DNA of 64,000 nucleotides from Acholeplasmataceae bacterium (GTDB lineage Bacteria; Bacillota_I; Bacilli_A; Acholeplasmatales; Acholeplasmataceae): NCBI GenBank assembly GCA_963667565.1, contig OY763415.1, positions 608,001 to 672,000 of the forward strand, read 5' to 3'. Shown piece by piece: positions 59,255 to 64,000 of this stretch (position 1 is its first letter; each line of letters starts with the position of its first letter). The notes under the pieces were generated by a model. It saw only the letters and a program-made list of their open reading frames with translations, ran no database searches and was not told where the DNA came from. The position numbers and the translations under genes were made by a program.

Positions 59255-60074
59255 AAAATGTTTCTTTCAACCATTTTATAGACTCATAGTATAATTTAGA
59301 TCTATTCATCTGCTTTAATTTTCCTGTAACACTATTGTCATCATGTATAACTTCCAAATTGGAATCATAGTAATTTATCTTATTATTTTTAAGAATAATT
59401 TCTGCAATATAAGACTCCTCAGCAAAAAGAAGTGTTTTGTAAGGGAATATACTTAATTCTGAAATCAATTTATCTTTTAGTATGAAAAAACTTCCATGTG
59501 CTGAGTAAATATTCTGACTTACATCTCTAGTTTTTCTTTTTAATTTTGCTTTGATATTAGAAAGTCGAGTATAATAATAGGATAATAACGGTCTCCTAAA
59601 AACAAATAATTGTCTATTTATTTTTCTTAGTGAATTTCTATAATAATATTGTGGATTATCATATGTTTTTTTCTTAAATGAAAATACAGATGGTGCAATA
59701 CACCAAATAGATTCATCATATTTTTTTTCAATAAATTTTACCAAAAAATCCTTATTTTTAAATGAAATATCTGTGTTACTGAAAATGCTCCAGGTATAAC
59801 TAATTTTGGTTTCTTTAACTAGAGAATTATATCCAAAAATTAATCCATTTATATAACCAAGATTCTTATCTGGAACATAGATATAACTATCTGAAATAAC
59901 TGCTTTTATCTTTTTTCTAAATAAATTTAAATCACCTTGAAATAAATTTACTACAACAACAAAAATAATATTTTCACTTTTATTCAATTGACTTAATCTA
60001 TATGCATACTCAACAACTTCTTCTTCATTATTATACAAAATCACTACATTAGGTATTCTATTTAACTCACTCAT
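59247..60074 (-). CDS. GT2 family glycosyltransferase
   Basis: VILYNN, NLGY..G, SNTD, HGSFF, LFAEE, VIH. Confidence 0.8.
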   Translation of the reverse strand: MSELNRIPNVVILYNNEEEVVEYAYRLSQLNKSENIIFVVVVNLFQGDLNLFRKKIKAVISDSYIYVPDKNLGYINGLIFGYNSLVKETKISYTWSIFSNTDISFKNKDFLVKFIEKKYDESIWCIAPSVFSFKKKTYDNPQYYYRNSLRKINRQLFVFRRPLLSYYYTRLSNIKAKLKRKTRDVSQNIYSAHGSFFILKDKLISELSIFPYKTLLFAEESYIAEIILKNNKINYYDSNLEVIHDDNSVTGKLKQMNRSKLYYESIKWLKETFYE

Positions 60075-60076
60075 CT

Positions 60077-61159
60077 CTAGCTCCCATTTATAATTCTATT
60101 TAAATAATTGTGACTTTTTCTTCTTTCATTTATGATTATTCTATCAATCTCTGTCTTATCAACTAAATCAAAATATTTTATTGTATCATAATTAATATTA
60201 TTCTCATATTTGTATAGTTCAAAAGTTTCAATTAATTGCTCAATTCTGCTATTTGCTACACTAGATTTTGAAATTTCAATATATACTTTTTTCTTAAAGA
60301 TAATCGAAAAAGCAAAACCATGAAAAGAATTTGTCACTACGTATGATGCATTAGTTATTAAATTTATTAATTCTTCAACTTTAACATTACGTGATTGCTT
60401 ATATTTAATTGCATTAATAAATGAATGTGATATATATATAACTTTTAAATCACTTTCCTTTGTCAGTTTAGATAAAATTGATTTAAGATTAGTTTCTTTT
60501 TTTATCTGATAAACTAAGATATATTTGCTGTGATTAGCACTATTTGAAATTGACATCCATTCAGATTTATCTAGTAAAAAAACAGGGTCTAAATTCACTT
60601 CGATATTATTTTTATAATTGTTCTCTAAAAGTATTTCTTTGCCTTTGAACTCTCTAACTGAAATTTCATTAAATTCTTGAATTAATTTTTGTGTTTCTTC
60701 ATTAAAGATAAAATCTGTTACACCAAAACTAGCTGAAAAACTAGCTTTTTTATAAGGTTTAACAAAATCCAAAAAATATGACTTGTCTCTAGAGATTTTA
60801 GGATTCCATACTTGATCACTTCCAACTATGATTTTTTCATAATCTTTCTCAATTTTATATAAATTTTTTTGAGTGATTGACTTGCTTAGAATTAGTTTAT
60901 TCTTTCTAAATACATTCATTAGACTATGTTTTTGAGCAAAATAAAAATTGTTAATGAATCGATATATAAATTGTTTTAAGTTTCTAATTGAAGATAAATC
61001 AATAATTTTATATTTATTTTCAATATTTTTAGATCTATAATCTATTATTTCTGGGGAGACTTCAAAATTATTTTCAATATATGTTTGTAATGCATAGACT
61101 TGAAGTAATGCTCCATAATTATCTGCTCTATGAAATGTTATAATGCCGATTTTTTTCAT
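60077..61159 (-). CDS. Polysaccharide pyruvyl transferase family protein
   Basis: NYGALLQ, VGSDQVWNP, ISVRE, LDPVFLL, TNSFHG. Confidence 0.9.
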   Translation of the reverse strand: MKKIGIITFHRADNYGALLQVYALQTYIENNFEVSPEIIDYRSKNIENKYKIIDLSSIRNLKQFIYRFINNFYFAQKHSLMNVFRKNKLILSKSITQKNLYKIEKDYEKIIVGSDQVWNPKISRDKSYFLDFVKPYKKASFSASFGVTDFIFNEETQKLIQEFNEISVREFKGKEILLENNYKNNIEVNLDPVFLLDKSEWMSISNSANHSKYILVYQIKKETNLKSILSKLTKESDLKVIYISHSFINAIKYKQSRNVKVEELINLITNASYVVTNSFHGFAFSIIFKKKVYIEISKSSVANSRIEQLIETFELYKYENNINYDTIKYFDLVDKTEIDRIIINERRKSHNYLNRIINGS

Positions 61160-62327
61160 AAATGTATCCTTTCTGTTGTACTAATCCTATAGATAAAAAT
61201 GTGAAAAGTAGTATATAGTTATCATACATGGGATTACCAGTAATCCCATATATTATAAAATACACGAATACCATATAAAATACAAGATAATCTATTTTGA
61301 TTTGTTTTTTGTAAAATATATCTATAAATAATAGGAAAATGAAAAACAAAAATAGAAATAACCCAATTAGTCCATTCTCTCTAAATATGTTCAAGTAAAT
61401 ATTATGACCTGCAATTCCTAAATCCTTATCAGTGGAACCAGTACCAAAACCTATAAGCGGTTTAATTTTTATATCTTGGATTAACCTAATATATATATCA
61501 TCTCTATTAGTTAGAAAATTATCATTATTAAAAAATCTTTCATAAAAAGGATATCCAAATTCTGTATTTTTAAATATATAAAAAGTAACGACTATTAAAA
61601 CAGTAGCAATAAGCAAAGTATATAGTATTTTTTTTGCTGCAATCCTGTTATACATTATATATGTGAATAATGAAGCGAAAATTGCTGCAACAAAAGGTCC
61701 TCTCTTTCCTGTAAGTGCTATTGCTAGTAAACCAATTGTTAAATAAATAATTGTTCTATAGTATTTTTTTATAGATATATAATATATACCCAAAAAAACA
61801 GTAATTGATCCATAAAATGCTGCTACAGCCCTATCGGCAAATATTCCACCAAACACATAATTGTTTTGATTTAAATAATTCTCTACAATCAGTGAAGGAT
61901 CTTTGGTAAAATAATCCCTTATACTACTTATTAAATTTGGAAATATTGGGTGCAAGATGATTGTTAATGAAAATAAGATAACAAATTTTTGTATTAAACT
62001 AAGTAAAAATTTTACATCAATTTTACTGTTTTGAATAAGAATTTTAATGATAATTGCAACTGCAAAACTTAAGAAATACTTAAAACCTTTAGTGAAATCA
62101 GAAGTATATAATAAACCAATTGTATAAAAAAAGAAAAAAGAAAATAGTGCATAGTCATGTAAATACAATCGGATGTTATTCCTCAAAATAACAGTAATAA
62201 ATAATAATAAAAGCCCAATAAACAATAATGATTCTACTATAACAGAAGCTAAAAAAGGATATAACAATATATAAGTTATTATAAGTATGATTGATATTCG
62301 ATTTAGCAATCCTATATTAATTTTCAT
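61128..62327 (-). CDS. wzy: Wzy polymerase / O-antigen ligase family protein
   Basis: About 10-11 TM; LTGKRG, PLIGFGTG, GHNIYL..F.ENG. Confidence 0.82.
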   Translation of the reverse strand: MKINIGLLNRISIILIITYILLYPFLASVIVESLLFIGLLLLFITVILRNNIRLYLHDYALFSFFFFYTIGLLYTSDFTKGFKYFLSFAVAIIIKILIQNSKIDVKFLLSLIQKFVILFSLTIILHPIFPNLISSIRDYFTKDPSLIVENYLNQNNYVFGGIFADRAVAAFYGSITVFLGIYYISIKKYYRTIIYLTIGLLAIALTGKRGPFVAAIFASLFTYIMYNRIAAKKILYTLLIATVLIVVTFYIFKNTEFGYPFYERFFNNDNFLTNRDDIYIRLIQDIKIKPLIGFGTGSTDKDLGIAGHNIYLNIFRENGLIGLFLFLFFIFLLFIDIFYKKQIKIDYLVFYMVFVYFIIYGITGNPMYDNYILLFTFLSIGLVQQKGYIYEKNRHYNIS

Positions 62328-62348
62328 TATTTAATTCCTCTAATATTT

Positions 62349-63554
62349 CTAAGATATTTTTTTCCTAACATAGTCAATTAATGTGAGAAAACCTTCTTTA
62401 ATATAGTTACCTTTTGGTCTGTTAAAATGCATTACATTGTGATTTTGAGTAAATAATTGATTCCACTGATTTATTGCAATATCTTCATTAAAATTTAAAC
62501 TATGTTTTATAGCATTTTTAGACATTAAATTCAATCTATAGACATCTTCACTCAATGTAATTATTTGATTTGCTATTTTCTTATTACTTTTTAATAATAA
62601 ACCAGTTTTTGAGTTAATAATTGTTGTATTTAACCCATCATTCCTTTTTCTACTAATTACAGGGATTCCTTTACTTGAAAGTTCAACCGCACTAAGACAA
62701 AAAGTTTCATCTCTATAAAAATGTGATGGATTTACAATTCCTAGTGTACAGTTTTCAAGGAGAGTCATTATTTCATTCCAATCTAATACATTGTGAAAAA
62801 TTACATTTCTAGGATGTGATAATTTCTTTACAAGTCTTATTAATTTTTTTTCATAAGATGTAGAAGCTATTTGCATAGTACCAGTTGTTTCATTTAATGA
62901 ACGCAATCTTGATCCACCTACAATGTGAAGTTTTAAATTAGGTTTTTTCCTTTCAATATACTTCCAAATTTTAATTAAGTCATGCATACCTTTTTGAGGA
63001 ACTGCTGCACCAATATATATAATATCATTATTTGTATTATTATGTTTTACTTCAATCTTTAGAAACTGTTTAGGTAAAAAGTTATTGATATAAACAACTC
63101 TATTTTTTAGTTTAGAATCTTTCATATTCAAATACTGCTGTTCACTAACACATATAATTTTCAATACTTTATCTGTTTTTAATATTTTTCTGTATGTAAT
63201 ATAATCAATTGTGTTATGAGCCCAAATAAATACATTAAAGTTATTTTTATTAATTGTATCTAAATTAATTTTGAAGTCATTTTCTCTTAGAATAATGACA
63301 TCATTTATATCAGTGATTAATGACAAATCTTGGAAGCAATTTATTTTTATAGGATTAACTTTGCAATCTAATTGAAATTGAATTTCACCGATATAATATA
63401 ATTGTAATGATTTATTTTCAAACAATTTATTGTAGAAATAAAATAATTCTAAAAACAAATATTGAGTACCACCAATACCTGGATTTCCCAAAGAAACTTG
63501 AGTAATTTTTTTATCATTGTAAGAAGAAAAATCAAAATACAAAATATATTTCAT
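62349..63554 (-). CDS. GT4 family glycosyltransferase
   Basis: GIGGT, WAHN, CVS, QKG, ETFCLSAVE...GIPVI. Confidence 0.85.
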   Translation of the reverse strand: MKYILYFDFSSYNDKKITQVSLGNPGIGGTQYLFLELFYFYNKLFENKSLQLYYIGEIQFQLDCKVNPIKINCFQDLSLITDINDVIILRENDFKINLDTINKNNFNVFIWAHNTIDYITYRKILKTDKVLKIICVSEQQYLNMKDSKLKNRVVYINNFLPKQFLKIEVKHNNTNNDIIYIGAAVPQKGMHDLIKIWKYIERKKPNLKLHIVGGSRLRSLNETTGTMQIASTSYEKKLIRLVKKLSHPRNVIFHNVLDWNEIMTLLENCTLGIVNPSHFYRDETFCLSAVELSSKGIPVISRKRNDGLNTTIINSKTGLLLKSNKKIANQIITLSEDVYRLNLMSKNAIKHSLNFNEDIAINQWNQLFTQNHNVMHFNRPKGNYIKEGFLTLIDYVRKKIS

Positions 63555-64000
63555 TTTTTTACCTCTGCTTTTTCATATTCCTTTTTCCAAGTAAATTGCT
63601 TTATTAGATTAATTAAATCATTTTGTGAAAACTTATTATAAAAATTATCAATAAATTTAGATATCAAATTAAAATCTATATTTTTATTAATTTTATAATA
63701 ATGCAAGTTTTCGCTCAGACCATCTACAATTCCGCTTGTTAATATAGGCAACCCATTTAACATATATTCATAGTTCTTAAGTGCAGTATCAATATCTGCA
63801 TTTCTTCTAAATAATGCAATAGTACCAGCACCTAAATTATACTTTGGATATATTGACAAAAGTTCTACACTTGTTTTCGATCCTAAAAAGTGAACAAAAT
63901 TTGAAATATTTAGTGAATTTACTAGTTTCTTTAGTTTTTCTATCTCATAGCTTTCTCCTACTATATCAAAATATACTTTACTTGTATTTGTAAGGTTGTA
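63551..64000 (-). CDS. GT4 family glycosyltransferase, C-terminal part (start outside the window)
   Basis: Frame open to the edge: YNLTNTSKVYFDIVGESYEIEKLKKLVNSLNISNFVHFLG...ALKNYEYMLNGLPIL. Confidence 0.8.
   Translation of the reverse strand, partial: YNLTNTSKVYFDIVGESYEIEKLKKLVNSLNISNFVHFLGSKTSVELLSIYPKYNLGAGTIALFRRNADIDTALKNYEYMLNGLPILTSGIVDGLSENLHYYKINKNIDFNLISKFIDNFYNKFSQNDLINLIKQFTWKKEYEKAEVKK

Noticed and set aside
1..64000. rRNA, tRNA, IS elements, prophage, CRISPR
   Set aside because: Intergenic gaps are short and explained by promoters, leaders and terminators; no transposase, integrase or phage protein was recognised.

Overview
AT-rich chromosomal segment of a low-GC, Firmicutes-derived bacterium, most likely Acholeplasmatales. 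This placement is an inference from TGA used as a stop, the tig-lon-engB order without clpX, Prp/L27 processing and the overall gene set. Most genes are on the minus strand. Housekeeping blocks: infC-rpmI-rplT with L20 leader; pepP/pgm; panT-coaX; ruvAB-queA; ptsH-trmB; rplU-prp-rpmA-obgE with L21 leader; a nucleoside ABC transporter; a Val T-box GNAT-valS-folC-glf-radC operon; tig-lon-engB-ugd with a CIRCE. The right end is a visibly more AT-rich Wzx/Wzy polysaccharide locus. Most notable: (1) a MurB-like flavoreductase paired with a polysaccharide pyruvyl transferase inside the polysaccharide locus, a candidate lactyl-ether glycan pathway; (2) a four-gene operon with a secreted protein carrying an aerolysin/ETX-like amphipathic beta-hairpin, a partner protein and a minimal ABC system; (3) ribosomal protein L20 fused through a KAEVK/AP linker to a Rho_N-like domain; (4) a GNAT resembling bacterial ceramide synthase/YghO; (5) a large SGNH lipoprotein with five unassigned ~120-aa repeats, under a consensus promoter flanked by two LacI-type operators. 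No rRNA, tRNA, CRISPR array or transposase was seen. All family calls are by motif recognition, not database search.
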